Positions 24,342 through 32,601 of a DNA stretch of 46,325 nucleotides are shown here, piece by piece (position 1 is the stretch's first letter; each line of letters opens with the position of its first letter). The DNA is from a virus, in the IMG/VR virus record IMGVR_UViG_3300045988_046749; one strand, given 5' to 3'. Both the position numbers and the translations under genes were made by a program. The notes beneath the pieces are model-generated. The model saw only the letters and a program-made list of their open reading frames with translations. It ran no database searches and was not told where the DNA came from.

Positions 24342-24641
24342 TGTAACCATGTAACCATGTAACCCGCGGAAAAGCATGTGTATAGGGAATAAAAAAATAT
24401 ATAAAAAAAGCATATATACATTGCAATCTCCTATAGGAAAACCTTGGTTACATTGGTTACACGGTTACACAACTCTGAAACCCGCATAAAATAAGGGTTT
24501 GCGGTGTAACCAAGGTGGTTGAAAAGTTGGTTACACATTGGTTACAAAAATAAAATGATTACACAAATTAAAAAATAAAATTAAATTGCATGAAAATTCA
24601 GATTGTTACAATTGGTTACTAAGGCATAAGGAGTGGTTACA
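24342..24641. repeat. Replication origin: TGGTTACA iterons flanking an AT-rich core
   Basis: 3x TGTAACC(A) at 24342-24365, an AT-rich stretch at 24388-24420, then 3x GGTTACA at 24445-24469. Further copies at 24505, 24528, 24539, 24613 and 24634, with degenerate ones at 24557 and 24603. Confidence 0.75.
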
Positions 24642-24644
24642 AAA

Positions 24645-26045
24645 ATGGAAAAAGAGAAGCTTAATAAAAAACAGCGGTACGCATTGGACACAATGTTGTC
24701 TGGCAGTAATGTTTTCCTTACAGGAGATGCAGGAACAGGTAAAACAACGGTTATCCAAACGTTTATTGATGAGGCGGAAAAAGCTGGTAAAAGTGTTCTG
24801 GTATCTGCTACTACCGGAATAGCTGCGGACAATATCGGATATGGAGCGACTACCGTACACAGAGCATTAAATATCTCAATCAAATTTGAGGATTACAAGA
24901 AAAAAGTGAAATCCAGAGTTGAACTGTTGAAGGAAGCGGATATTCTTATTATTGACGAGATCAGCATGTGCCGGTTCGATCTGTTCAATATGATTGCGAA
25001 GACGATCATCACGGAAAATGAAGAAAGAGCTGTTGGAAGGCTTTTGAGCGGAGAGGATAAAGAAGACGTTCAACTGATCGTAATCGGGGATTTCTACCAG
25101 CTTCCACCAGTTATTACGACAGATGATCGTAAAATCCTCTGCCGGATGTATGGATCTGATTACGGAAAGGGTGGAAAGTACGAACACGGATATGCTTTCA
25201 TGTCTGAATACTGGAAAGAAATGGGGTTTGAATATATCAAGCTTGATGAAGTATGCAGGCAGAATGATGAGGGGTTTAAGTATGTGCTGAATGATATTAA
25301 ATATGGCAACAATATTAGAAAATCCATTGCATATCTGGAAAATAACGAATCGGACAAGGTTATACCGGAAGCACCGTTCTTGGTTGGCACTAATGCAGAA
25401 GCTGATCGGATTAATAATACTTTTCTCGGAAAACTGGATGAAAAGACCGAAAAAGTGTTTCATGCAGCAGTTGACGGAGAATTAACGTCTGCTGATATTA
25501 AGAATATTGCATTTGCCAGAGAGAACTTAATTCTTAACATCGGTGCAAAAGTGATGATTACAGTCAATGATCTGTCTGGAAACTACGTCAATGGAACGAT
25601 TGGCATTATTCAGAAAATTGTGGACAACGGAGAATTTGAAGAATCCTATCTGGTTATCAAGACTGATAAGGGCAAAACAGTTAACTTGTACAGATACAGT
25701 AAAGACATTGAGAAACAGGTTATTGAGGAATCTGAACAAGAAAAGGATGGTCAGAAGATCGTGAAAGAGAAGATTGTCCGTAAGAAAGTTGGATCATTCT
25801 CTCAGTTCCCGGTAAAACTTGCCTGGGCAATCAGTATTCATAAATCACAGGGACAGACATTTGAAAAGATTAATATTGATCCTTGTTGTTGGGATCCTGG
25901 ACAGTTCTATGTAGCTGTTTCCCGGGCGAAATCCGCTAATGGCATACATTTTATCAGACCGATAAAACAGAGCTATATAAAGGCGTTTAGCAAGGATAAC
26001 GAGAGACTTCTTGAACAGAGTTTTGAGGTAGAAGAAGGTGTATAA
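24645..26045 (+). CDS. Pif1/RecD-family SF1 helicase
   Basis: Walker A GDAGTGKTT, Walker B IIIDEISM, GDFYQLPPV, and C-terminal ISIHKSQGQTF. Confidence 0.88.
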   Translation: MEKEKLNKKQRYALDTMLSGSNVFLTGDAGTGKTTVIQTFIDEAEKAGKSVLVSATTGIAADNIGYGATTVHRALNISIKFEDYKKKVKSRVELLKEADILIIDEISMCRFDLFNMIAKTIITENEERAVGRLLSGEDKEDVQLIVIGDFYQLPPVITTDDRKILCRMYGSDYGKGGKYEHGYAFMSEYWKEMGFEYIKLDEVCRQNDEGFKYVLNDIKYGNNIRKSIAYLENNESDKVIPEAPFLVGTNAEADRINNTFLGKLDEKTEKVFHAAVDGELTSADIKNIAFARENLILNIGAKVMITVNDLSGNYVNGTIGIIQKIVDNGEFEESYLVIKTDKGKTVNLYRYSKDIEKQVIEESEQEKDGQKIVKEKIVRKKVGSFSQFPVKLAWAISIHKSQGQTFEKINIDPCCWDPGQFYVAVSRAKSANGIHFIRPIKQSYIKAFSKDNERLLEQSFEVEEGV

Positions 26046-26047
26046 GT

Positions 26048-26317
26048 ATGAGAGTGACGCATGAGCAGATACCGAACACCATAAAGTTTTTACAAATCGA
26101 CTTTCCGGCGCTGGTCCTTCAGACTGCCGGAATAGAAGAAAGGGACGAATACTGGCAGCAGGTAGTTGAGCAGATACACGTTGTATCAAACAAATATAAT
26201 AAAAACGGCTTTGTGGATCACATGCTTACAGCCTATGCGGATTATCTAGACAAGATGCATAAGAAAGCTAAAAATCTGAGCAAGGAGAAAACCAATGAAC
26301 AAAATGAAGGAGTATGA
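26048..26317 (+). CDS. Hypothetical protein
   Basis: 89 aa with an SD-like GAAGGTG upstream. Confidence 0.55.
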   Translation: MRVTHEQIPNTIKFLQIDFPALVLQTAGIEERDEYWQQVVEQIHVVSNKYNKNGFVDHMLTAYADYLDKMHKKAKNLSKEKTNEQNEGV

Positions 26318-26678
26318 GCGAGGAAGAGAGGATGGTCTTGATTTGGCGCTCAGAATCGTTAGAGATGGCGGTATAGAAGCGCTTGAGAGGGAAATAAAAT
26401 TCCGGGGCATTACAGGAGTGCATACCTCTTTAGCTAGTAAGGACCTGGATAAAGCAGCGCAGAAGATTAAAGAAATGACACTTGATACATTTACAATCCT
26501 TGGAATTGCCGTTTTGCATGATGATTTCGGATTTGGACAGAAACGCTGTCAGAAATTCATGGACGGCATGGACAGGGGAGCTGATTATCTGATGGATGAT
26601 ATGGCAACCTGGGAAGATTATAGAAGATCAATCAAAGAGGAACTGAATCTTGATTTGAGATTCCGTATTAACGATTAA
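26295..26678 (+). CDS. Hypothetical protein
   Basis: 127 aa with SD AAGGAG 6 nt upstream. Confidence 0.6.
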   Translation: MNKMKEYERGREDGLDLALRIVRDGGIEALEREIKFRGITGVHTSLASKDLDKAAQKIKEMTLDTFTILGIAVLHDDFGFGQKRCQKFMDGMDRGADYLMDDMATWEDYRRSIKEELNLDLRFRIND

Positions 26679-26692
26679 GTGAGGTGTTATTG

Positions 26693-26953
26693 ATGGGAAA
26701 ATACAATACAGAGTGCAAACACAAAGAGGGACAGGAGATGTATAAAGCGGTATATCACTTTATCCTGAAATATTACCGTAAGCACCACTATATGCCGTCC
26801 ACAAGAAATATTGCGGATGGATTAGACATTTCAATGGCTACTGCCAGAAAACACTTTAATTTGCTCTTAGACAACGGATTGCTTGTTAGTGAGGATCCGA
26901 CAGAGCAGAGGGCGTATAGATTGAGTTATTCAAAGGTGGAAAATGGTGCGTAA
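26693..26953 (+). CDS. Winged-helix DNA-binding protein (LexA N-terminal-like)
   Basis: YMPSTRNIADGLDISMATARKHFNLLLDNGLL. The ATG is 6 nt after GAGGTG. Confidence 0.5.
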   Translation: MGKYNTECKHKEGQEMYKAVYHFILKYYRKHHYMPSTRNIADGLDISMATARKHFNLLLDNGLLVSEDPTEQRAYRLSYSKVENGA

Positions 26954-26986
26954 AGGAATTGGTTAGAAGATTTGGAGCGTGATGTT

Positions 26987-27583
26987 ATGAAAGTATGTTG
27001 GTTTTCAACAGGAATAAGCAGTTTTGTAGCGTGTTATCTAGCAAAGGATGTTGATGAGATTATTTATACTCACGTGTCGAATCAGCATCCCGACAGTCTA
27101 AGATTCTTACATGATTGCGAGAAGCTGTTGGGAAGAAAGATAACGATAATTCAGTCAGAGCAATATTCCAGTGTGGATGATGTGATCGAAAAAACCAGAT
27201 GTATCAACACTCCATTCGGGGCACCTTGTACAGATAAATTAAAGAAAAGGGTTCGCATGAAATGGGAGCGTGAACACCCAGACCATCACATCTATGTATG
27301 GGGATATGACCTGAACGAAAAGAATCGCGCAGACAGAGTATGCGAAAACGAGCGCTTTGGACGAACACGCAGAGGAAATCAAGCAACTCCTGAAAGAGGG
27401 AAAATCAAGAAATGTGATTGCCGAGAAATACAATGTAAGACCACAGACTGTAAATTACTGGATCAAAAAGCGAAAAATAATCACTTCAGACCAGCAAGCC
27501 CCCCCAACTCCCGGAAAGAAAAAGTGCCCCACCTGCATATTCAGGCAGACAGACAAGAACCTTGGAAATTGTGCTTACATTGA
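26987..27583 (+). CDS. PP-loop ATPase (PAPS-reductase-like) N-terminal domain; the 3' third is probably not genuine coding (truncation or frameshift)
   Basis: The N-terminus (KVCWFSTGISSFVACYLA...HPDSLRFLHDCEKLLG) is PP-loop-like. After about 27356 the frame gives low-complexity sequence, while the +1 frame carries a protein-like ORF. Confidence 0.45.
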   Translation: MKVCWFSTGISSFVACYLAKDVDEIIYTHVSNQHPDSLRFLHDCEKLLGRKITIIQSEQYSSVDDVIEKTRCINTPFGAPCTDKLKKRVRMKWEREHPDHHIYVWGYDLNEKNRADRVCENERFGRTRRGNQATPERGKIKKCDCREIQCKTTDCKLLDQKAKNNHFRPASPPNSRKEKVPHLHIQADRQEPWKLCLH

Positions 27584-27698
27584 GGTAATGGGACATACCA
27601 GAGGGTGCAGCGCAACAGAGTGCGATAAGTATGTGAAAGGCAAGCCGTTGAAGAAAAGAAAAGATTCAGGGACTAAGGCGGTGAATGAAGATGCTTGA
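27357..27698 (+). CDS. HTH + Cys-rich (zinc-ribbon-like) protein, overlapping the PP-loop ORF
   Basis: EIKQLLKEGKSRNVIAEKYNVRPQTVNYWIKK followed by CPTC...C...C...C. TTG start with no clear SD. Confidence 0.45.
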   Translation: MDEHAEEIKQLLKEGKSRNVIAEKYNVRPQTVNYWIKKRKIITSDQQAPPTPGKKKCPTCIFRQTDKNLGNCAYIEVMGHTRGCSATECDKYVKGKPLKKRKDSGTKAVNEDA

Positions 27699-27876
27699 CA
27701 TGATACAGGATGGCGTTAAGGCATATTGCTTGCCAGATGATAATTTTTGCCTTGCAGACGAAAAACACAGGAGCCCGCTAAATCTGGAAGAATGCCCCAT
27801 AGGAGAGAGACATTGTACAGGAGATTGCTTTTACTATTCGGAAGATACGGAAGAAAGGATAGAAGAGGTGAAATAA
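27685..27876 (+). CDS. Cys-rich small protein
   Basis: 63 aa (alternative ATG at 27691). Contains C...C...C..HC..DC. Confidence 0.5.
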   Translation: MKMLDMIQDGVKAYCLPDDNFCLADEKHRSPLNLEECPIGERHCTGDCFYYSEDTEERIEEVK

Positions 27877-27877
27877 A

Positions 27878-28570
27878 ATGAGAATAACTGCAATTGCAAG
27901 AGAGGATTTATCAAATATAGGGAATGGTTTAGTCCCAAACAAAATTACACTGGAACTCAGCGGGAAAATCGTACCAGACAGTTACGGAGAACATATTGGA
28001 CGATATGACGTAGAGAAAGAAGTATATGAGTCTTTCTTTAAAAAAGATAATGAAGCAGGAAATACGATGTATTTTGATGCATATAAAAAGTGCGATTGCG
28101 CTAGAGAAAAGAGACATGAGGTTTATACGGAAACCGGCATTAAAGAGGTAATTGATTATTATTTGATGTACGACATTGAGGAAAGCAGTAAAAATGAACC
28201 AACTGAAATCGAAACCGGCATTGATCGCGGATATTGCATAAACGGAAATTACAAATGCAGATATGAGCTTTTATTTGCCGCTAATGGACTTACCTCAAGA
28301 GTGGTTATCGAGTATCATACAAACAATATGCCGATGTACGATCTCATAAAAGATATGGAGGATGATATCAGGGAGGCCCTAGACGATGACTCTGACGAAG
28401 ACAATTTTTTCTATGGAATCATTAAAAACTCTGAAATTTGGATGTTTGATGAATTTGGTTGTGGAATAGGTGTTGAAATTAATAATGCAGATGAATTAAC
28501 TGCAATGTTGGCGTCTGCGAGATTACTTAGCTGTGAGTTTGTGAAAAAGGATGGATCAGATGGAAGATAA
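27878..28570 (+). CDS. Hypothetical acidic protein
   Basis: 230 aa with SD GAGGTGA and an acidic stretch DDIREALDDDSDEDN. Confidence 0.6.
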   Translation: MRITAIAREDLSNIGNGLVPNKITLELSGKIVPDSYGEHIGRYDVEKEVYESFFKKDNEAGNTMYFDAYKKCDCAREKRHEVYTETGIKEVIDYYLMYDIEESSKNEPTEIETGIDRGYCINGNYKCRYELLFAANGLTSRVVIEYHTNNMPMYDLIKDMEDDIREALDDDSDEDNFFYGIIKNSEIWMFDEFGCGIGVEINNADELTAMLASARLLSCEFVKKDGSDGR

Positions 28571-28709
28571 AACCTGCAAGACATGCAAAGACAACGAAGA
28601 CGGTCTATGTGATCGCAAAGGAATCCTGGTAGAAGATGATGATAGCTGCAGTAAATGGCAGCCAAGCTGGAAGGAACATTATATAACTAGATTTCTGAAA
28701 GTGAAGTGA
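28560..28709 (+). CDS. 49-aa Cys-rich protein
   Basis: MEDKTCKTCKDNEDGLCDRKGILVEDDDSCSKWQ... Overlaps the previous stop. Below the track cutoff. Confidence 0.45.
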   Translation: MEDKTCKTCKDNEDGLCDRKGILVEDDDSCSKWQPSWKEHYITRFLKVK

Positions 28710-28718
28710 GGAAAATAT

Positions 28719-28946
28719 ATGAGAGTTAAAATATGGCCAAGACAGTCAACTGATAGAGGCGGGTATGTGTGCATGCCATTATTTTCAAATGTACCAGTCG
28801 GAAAAAAAGGCTGGGAATTGACTAAATGCCTGGAGTGCGGAAGACTTTGTTGGAAAATGCCAGGAATAGCGGATCTGGAAGCGAAGCAAGGCACAAAGGC
28901 ATTATGCACATCATGTGCACTGACGAAAGGAGCCCAGGAAGGATGA
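28719..28946 (+). CDS. Cys-rich zinc-binding-like protein
   Basis: 75 aa with CLECGRLC and CTSC pairs. Confidence 0.55.
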   Translation: MRVKIWPRQSTDRGGYVCMPLFSNVPVGKKGWELTKCLECGRLCWKMPGIADLEAKQGTKALCTSCALTKGAQEG

Positions 28947-29173
28947 AAAAACCAATAAACAGATATGGTTTAAAGGCGTATCTTACAAAAGGATATGATC
29001 TAAAGCCTGGAAAACGGATCAAATATTCAGAACCAGGGGAGAACGGAACTACATACCTGTATGAAGTTGTAAAGCTATATCCTCACTGCATTTTGCTGAA
29101 AGATACTTTCGACGGAACGAGAATTTGTCCAGGTTATGAGAAGCTTATGTTGATGATGAGGGGCATGGAATGA
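28943..29173 (+). CDS. Hypothetical protein
   Basis: 76 aa from ATG 28943, with an ATGA overlap with the upstream stop. Preferred over the track start at 28826. Confidence 0.5.
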   Translation: MKKPINRYGLKAYLTKGYDLKPGKRIKYSEPGENGTTYLYEVVKLYPHCILLKDTFDGTRICPGYEKLMLMMRGME

Positions 29174-30072
29174 GAATAAGACTTATTGACGTTGATGGGC
29201 ATAATTTTCCAAACATCCCATTGATGAAAGTATCAGCCTACTACAAGAATAGAGAAAACGATGTAGCCTGGTACGATCCACTCACTGATTGGCATACGCC
29301 ACCGGATAAGGTTTTTATGAGTAAAGTTTTCACCTTCACGCCGGATTATCCACATCCTGTATGCGGAAAAGAAATTATTAAGGGAGGAACCGGATATAAT
29401 TACCCATCTGGCGGTGAAAAACTACCAGAAGAGATTGAGCATATTTATCCAGACTATGAACTGTATCCACAGTTCCGAAATACCGCTTATGGATTTCTAA
29501 CAAGAGGGTGTCCTAGAGGATGCAATTTCTGCATAGTCAAGGATAAAGAAGGGCAGAAAAGTGTAAAAGTTGCTAATCTAAGTGAATTTTGGAATGGACA
29601 GAAAAACATAGTTTTACTTGATCCTAACATGTTTGCCTGCAAAGCATGGAAAGAGTTGTCTATTCAACTGATAGAAAGCAAGGCATGGGTAGATTTTTCA
29701 CAAGGCTGTGATATCCGAATCATGGATGCTGAAAAAACAGAGCATTTAAAGCAAATAAAAGTGAAGCAAGTACATTTTGCCTGGGATAGATACGAAGACA
29801 GAGAGGTTATTCTTCCAAAGTTTAAGTTGGTAAAAGAAATACTTGGATGGGATAAGCGGAAACTTCCGGTGTATGTGCTTGTAAATTTCAACACAACGAT
29901 TGAACAAGATCTGGAAAGGATATACACACTTAGAGATTTAGGATATTGGCCGTATGTGATGATATACAACAAGCAAGACACAAAGCCGTCTGATCCAGTT
30001 AGGAGATTACAACGGTGGGTAAATATGAGGGCAGTATTTGATAGTGTATCTCGATTTGAAGATTATATATAA
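29170..30072 (+). CDS. Radical SAM enzyme (B12-binding-like N-terminal region, no SPASM-type C-terminal Cys cluster)
   Basis: CxxxCxxC motif in GFLTRGCPRGCNFCIV. ATGA overlap with the upstream gene. Confidence 0.8.
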   Translation: MRIRLIDVDGHNFPNIPLMKVSAYYKNRENDVAWYDPLTDWHTPPDKVFMSKVFTFTPDYPHPVCGKEIIKGGTGYNYPSGGEKLPEEIEHIYPDYELYPQFRNTAYGFLTRGCPRGCNFCIVKDKEGQKSVKVANLSEFWNGQKNIVLLDPNMFACKAWKELSIQLIESKAWVDFSQGCDIRIMDAEKTEHLKQIKVKQVHFAWDRYEDREVILPKFKLVKEILGWDKRKLPVYVLVNFNTTIEQDLERIYTLRDLGYWPYVMIYNKQDTKPSDPVRRLQRWVNMRAVFDSVSRFEDYI

Positions 30073-30088
30073 AGAAAAGGCGATAAGA

Positions 30089-30478
30089 ATGAGGATAAAA
30101 GAAAGATTATTGCAGTACAAACAGGAACTGCAGAAACAGACGATGTACAAGGAAGGATTGCCTGGGAGCTCGCTAGACATTGTGAATACTCTTTTGAATG
30201 ATCTGGAACAGGACGAGAAAGAAAATGGTTGGATTACAGTAAAATATCATCAGATATCAGAAAAAGAACGTGCAGAAGAATCCATATCAAATGATATACA
30301 ATATATGCTTGACTGCAAAATGCCAGATGACGGACAAGAAATATTGGTTACTAACGGAGAAACAACATGGCAAGATACAAGCTTTATTGATTGTAACGGA
30401 TATTATCTTGATAGCAATTATGATTGGATTGATATTACGGCATGGCGACCACTTCCAGAACCATACAAGGAGGGATGA
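30089..30478 (+). CDS. DUF551-like protein
   Basis: C-terminal pattern GWITV...MPDDGQEILVTNG...ITAWRPLPEPYKEG. Confidence 0.55.
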   Translation: MRIKERLLQYKQELQKQTMYKEGLPGSSLDIVNTLLNDLEQDEKENGWITVKYHQISEKERAEESISNDIQYMLDCKMPDDGQEILVTNGETTWQDTSFIDCNGYYLDSNYDWIDITAWRPLPEPYKEG

Positions 30479-30481
30479 GGA

Positions 30482-30712
30482 ATGCGGTTAATCGACACAG
30501 ATAAATTAAAAAAAGATATACTGCTTCAAAATATCTTAGGAGAACCAATACAGAAGATTATAGACAGATATATACATATTGTGGACAGTCAGCCAACAGC
30601 TTTTGATGTGGACAAGGTTGTGGAGCAATTAGAGAATTATTTATTTGAAAAATATTGTATAGAAGGAGATACAACAATTGATGAAATCGTGAAAGGCGGT
30701 GGAGTTGAATGA
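30482..30712 (+). CDS. Hypothetical protein
   Basis: 76 aa with SD GGAGGGA. Confidence 0.6.
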   Translation: MRLIDTDKLKKDILLQNILGEPIQKIIDRYIHIVDSQPTAFDVDKVVEQLENYLFEKYCIEGDTTIDEIVKGGGVE

Positions 30713-31149
30713 GAGAAATTCTTTTCAAGGGAAAGCGGAAAAATAACGGCGAATGGATTGAGGGATATCTTTTTGACAATGGATTTGACGGAGAAGAGAA
30801 AAAATATTTCATAGGTGGTTTGATTATTGAGAAATACAATGGAACTGCTTGCGATGAGTGGGATATTACAGGAATTGATTTTTGCGAGATTGACCCAGAA
30901 ACCCTCTGCCAGTTCACAGGACGTTGCGACAAGAATGAAAACAAAATCTGGGAAAATGACATCATCCAGTATGGCGCAGTTGCGGCTGTTGTTAAGTTTG
31001 GAGAATACGGTAATGGAAATTTAGGATTTTATGTAGATTTTCCAGAAGAAACCAATTATCGAAAAGATTTCTCGTATTGGGCGAAGAAAGTAGTCGTTAT
31101 TGGAAATGCGATTGACGATCGAAGTTTATTACAGGAGGTGCTGGAATGA
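30709..31149 (+). CDS. YopX-family protein
   Basis: FKGKRKNNGEWIEGYLF...IDPETLCQFTGRCDKNENKIWENDII. Confidence 0.75.
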   Translation: MREILFKGKRKNNGEWIEGYLFDNGFDGEEKKYFIGGLIIEKYNGTACDEWDITGIDFCEIDPETLCQFTGRCDKNENKIWENDIIQYGAVAAVVKFGEYGNGNLGFYVDFPEETNYRKDFSYWAKKVVVIGNAIDDRSLLQEVLE

Positions 31150-31424
31150 GTAAATCAGTATTAGTGATTGATACACCAGAGAAATGTATATGTTGTCCGC
31201 TATTAAACGGTGCAGATGAATGTACAGCACAAGATGATGATGCAAATTTCAAAGCTGGTGATTCATGGGATGAGTTAATGAAAGGATGCCCATTGAAGCC
31301 ATTGCCGGAGAAAATGAAAGCAACTGGGCTTTATAACTGCGAGCATTTCAAAGCGGGAGACAGGCCACCGAGCTATAAGATCGGCTGGAATAATTGTATT
31401 GATGAGATTGCAGGAGGAGAATGA
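31146..31424 (+). CDS. Cys-rich hypothetical protein
   Basis: 92 aa with an ATGA overlap. Contains PEKCICCPLL...C. Confidence 0.55.
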   Translation: MSKSVLVIDTPEKCICCPLLNGADECTAQDDDANFKAGDSWDELMKGCPLKPLPEKMKATGLYNCEHFKAGDRPPSYKIGWNNCIDEIAGGE

Positions 31425-31427
31425 TGC

Positions 31428-31604
31428 ATGGCAATGAATATAAACGAAACTGTGAAAAAGTGTAATGTTTGTGGCAAATGGAAAACCACAGCGTATGAAC
31501 CGGATTATCCGATACTTAATGATAGCCGTTTTAGGTATCCGAAAGCAATTTTTATTTGCGAAGAATGCGCGAAAAAGCGCGAAGAAAAGAATATATTTTT
31601 GTGA
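31428..31604 (+). CDS. 58-aa zinc-ribbon protein
   Basis: CNVC...CEEC, with SD AGGAGGA 9 nt upstream. Below the track cutoff. Confidence 0.5.
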   Translation: MAMNINETVKKCNVCGKWKTTAYEPDYPILNDSRFRYPKAIFICEECAKKREEKNIFL

Positions 31605-31614
31605 GGTGAAGTAG

Positions 31615-31935
31615 ATGATTGATCTGGCAAAGAAATGCGTATTAGTCAGAACACATGAAGAGTATGAAAATATTCTGAAAGTAGCAAAGAAACAGGGATA
31701 TAGATGGTACGGCGGAAAAGAAACGTATCCATATCCCTTCGAAAAACAGCAGATCCCGGATATATTAAAGTTCTATAGCAATAAAGAACTAACAAAAAAT
31801 GCCAGCCTTGCACCGGGATATGAATTAGTAGAAGCATCAGACATAATTGAATATGAGAAGAAACTTAAAAATGCTATAAGACTTGTTATAACATTTGCCA
31901 GAGTATTCGCTAAATACCAGACAAAACAGCGTTGA
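31615..31935 (+). CDS. Hypothetical protein
   Basis: 106 aa with SD GAGGTGA. Confidence 0.55.
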   Translation: MIDLAKKCVLVRTHEEYENILKVAKKQGYRWYGGKETYPYPFEKQQIPDILKFYSNKELTKNASLAPGYELVEASDIIEYEKKLKNAIRLVITFARVFAKYQTKQR

Positions 31936-32006
31936 CAGATCAATTTATTGAGTCCTTGAAGTTACTTGCAGATACCGTAGAAAGTCAGATGGAAGAGGTG
32001 AAGTAG

Positions 32007-32393
32007 ATGGAGAGATTAACAAAAAGAGATTTTTCAAGAATCACATATAACGAACGCCGAAGCATTATGTGCAGTTCATATTGCGATAATTGCTCACAGG
32101 GTGCAGGAAATTGCAAAACAGTAAAGAATATGATTAAAAAACTCGCCACTTATGAAGACTTAGAAGAACAGGGCTTGCTTGTGAGATTGCCGTTTCCTAT
32201 CGGCACAACTGTATGGGATATATGCGGAATGGATATTCGAGAAAACGTGGTAAGCGGAATTGAATGCGGCAAAGATGGTAAACAGTTTTTGTGGGCAAAC
32301 CATGATGAATGGATCGGAGAATTAAATGTTTTGGTATTCCTCACCCGTGAAGAAGCTGAAAATAAGTTGGAGGAACTCAAAAATGAAATTTAA
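32007..32393 (+). CDS. Hypothetical protein
   Basis: 128 aa with SD GAGGTGA. Contains KLATYEDLEEQGLLVRLPFP. Confidence 0.6.
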   Translation: MERLTKRDFSRITYNERRSIMCSSYCDNCSQGAGNCKTVKNMIKKLATYEDLEEQGLLVRLPFPIGTTVWDICGMDIRENVVSGIECGKDGKQFLWANHDEWIGELNVLVFLTREEAENKLEELKNEI

Positions 32394-32601
32394 AGAATTT
32401 GTAAACTGGTGCAATGAAAGAGCCTGTGACGGATGCTGGGGAATGCTGACAGCTATGGCGTGTATTGATTTAATCGGCAAGGTTAAAAAAGTTCCATTTT
32501 GGAAAAGAGAAAAATTCTGGAAAGAAAATTACGAGCAGCAAGTATTAGAAGAGATTATTAATCCGATAGAGAAGAAGTTGGAGGAGATGCAGAATGGATG
32601 A
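32383..32601 (+). CDS. Hypothetical small protein
   Basis: 72 aa from ATG 32383 after GGAGGA. Contains NERACDGCWG. Confidence 0.5.
   Translation: MKFKEFVNWCNERACDGCWGMLTAMACIDLIGKVKKVPFWKREKFWKENYEQQVLEEIINPIEKKLEEMQNG

Noticed and set aside
31933-32006. TGA stop of the 31615 gene is followed by 23 in-frame sense codons ending in TAG just before the next start (possible stop-codon readthrough or recoding linked to the phage tRNA)
   Set aside because: The tRNA-like gene has a CAU anticodon, not a suppressor anticodon. Many other genes end in TGA with tight ATGA coupling, and the standard code gives intact 400-1,460-aa ORFs throughout. The extension is more simply a remnant of a displaced gene's 3' end.
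31603-32009. 15-nt direct repeat GAGGTGAAGTAGATG at 31603-31617 and 31995-32009, flanking one gene (possible cassette insertion scar)
   Set aside because: A single 15-mer repeat is roughly what chance predicts for all pairs in a 46-kb sequence. Both copies are simply SD + spacer + ATG, so functional convergence explains the match.
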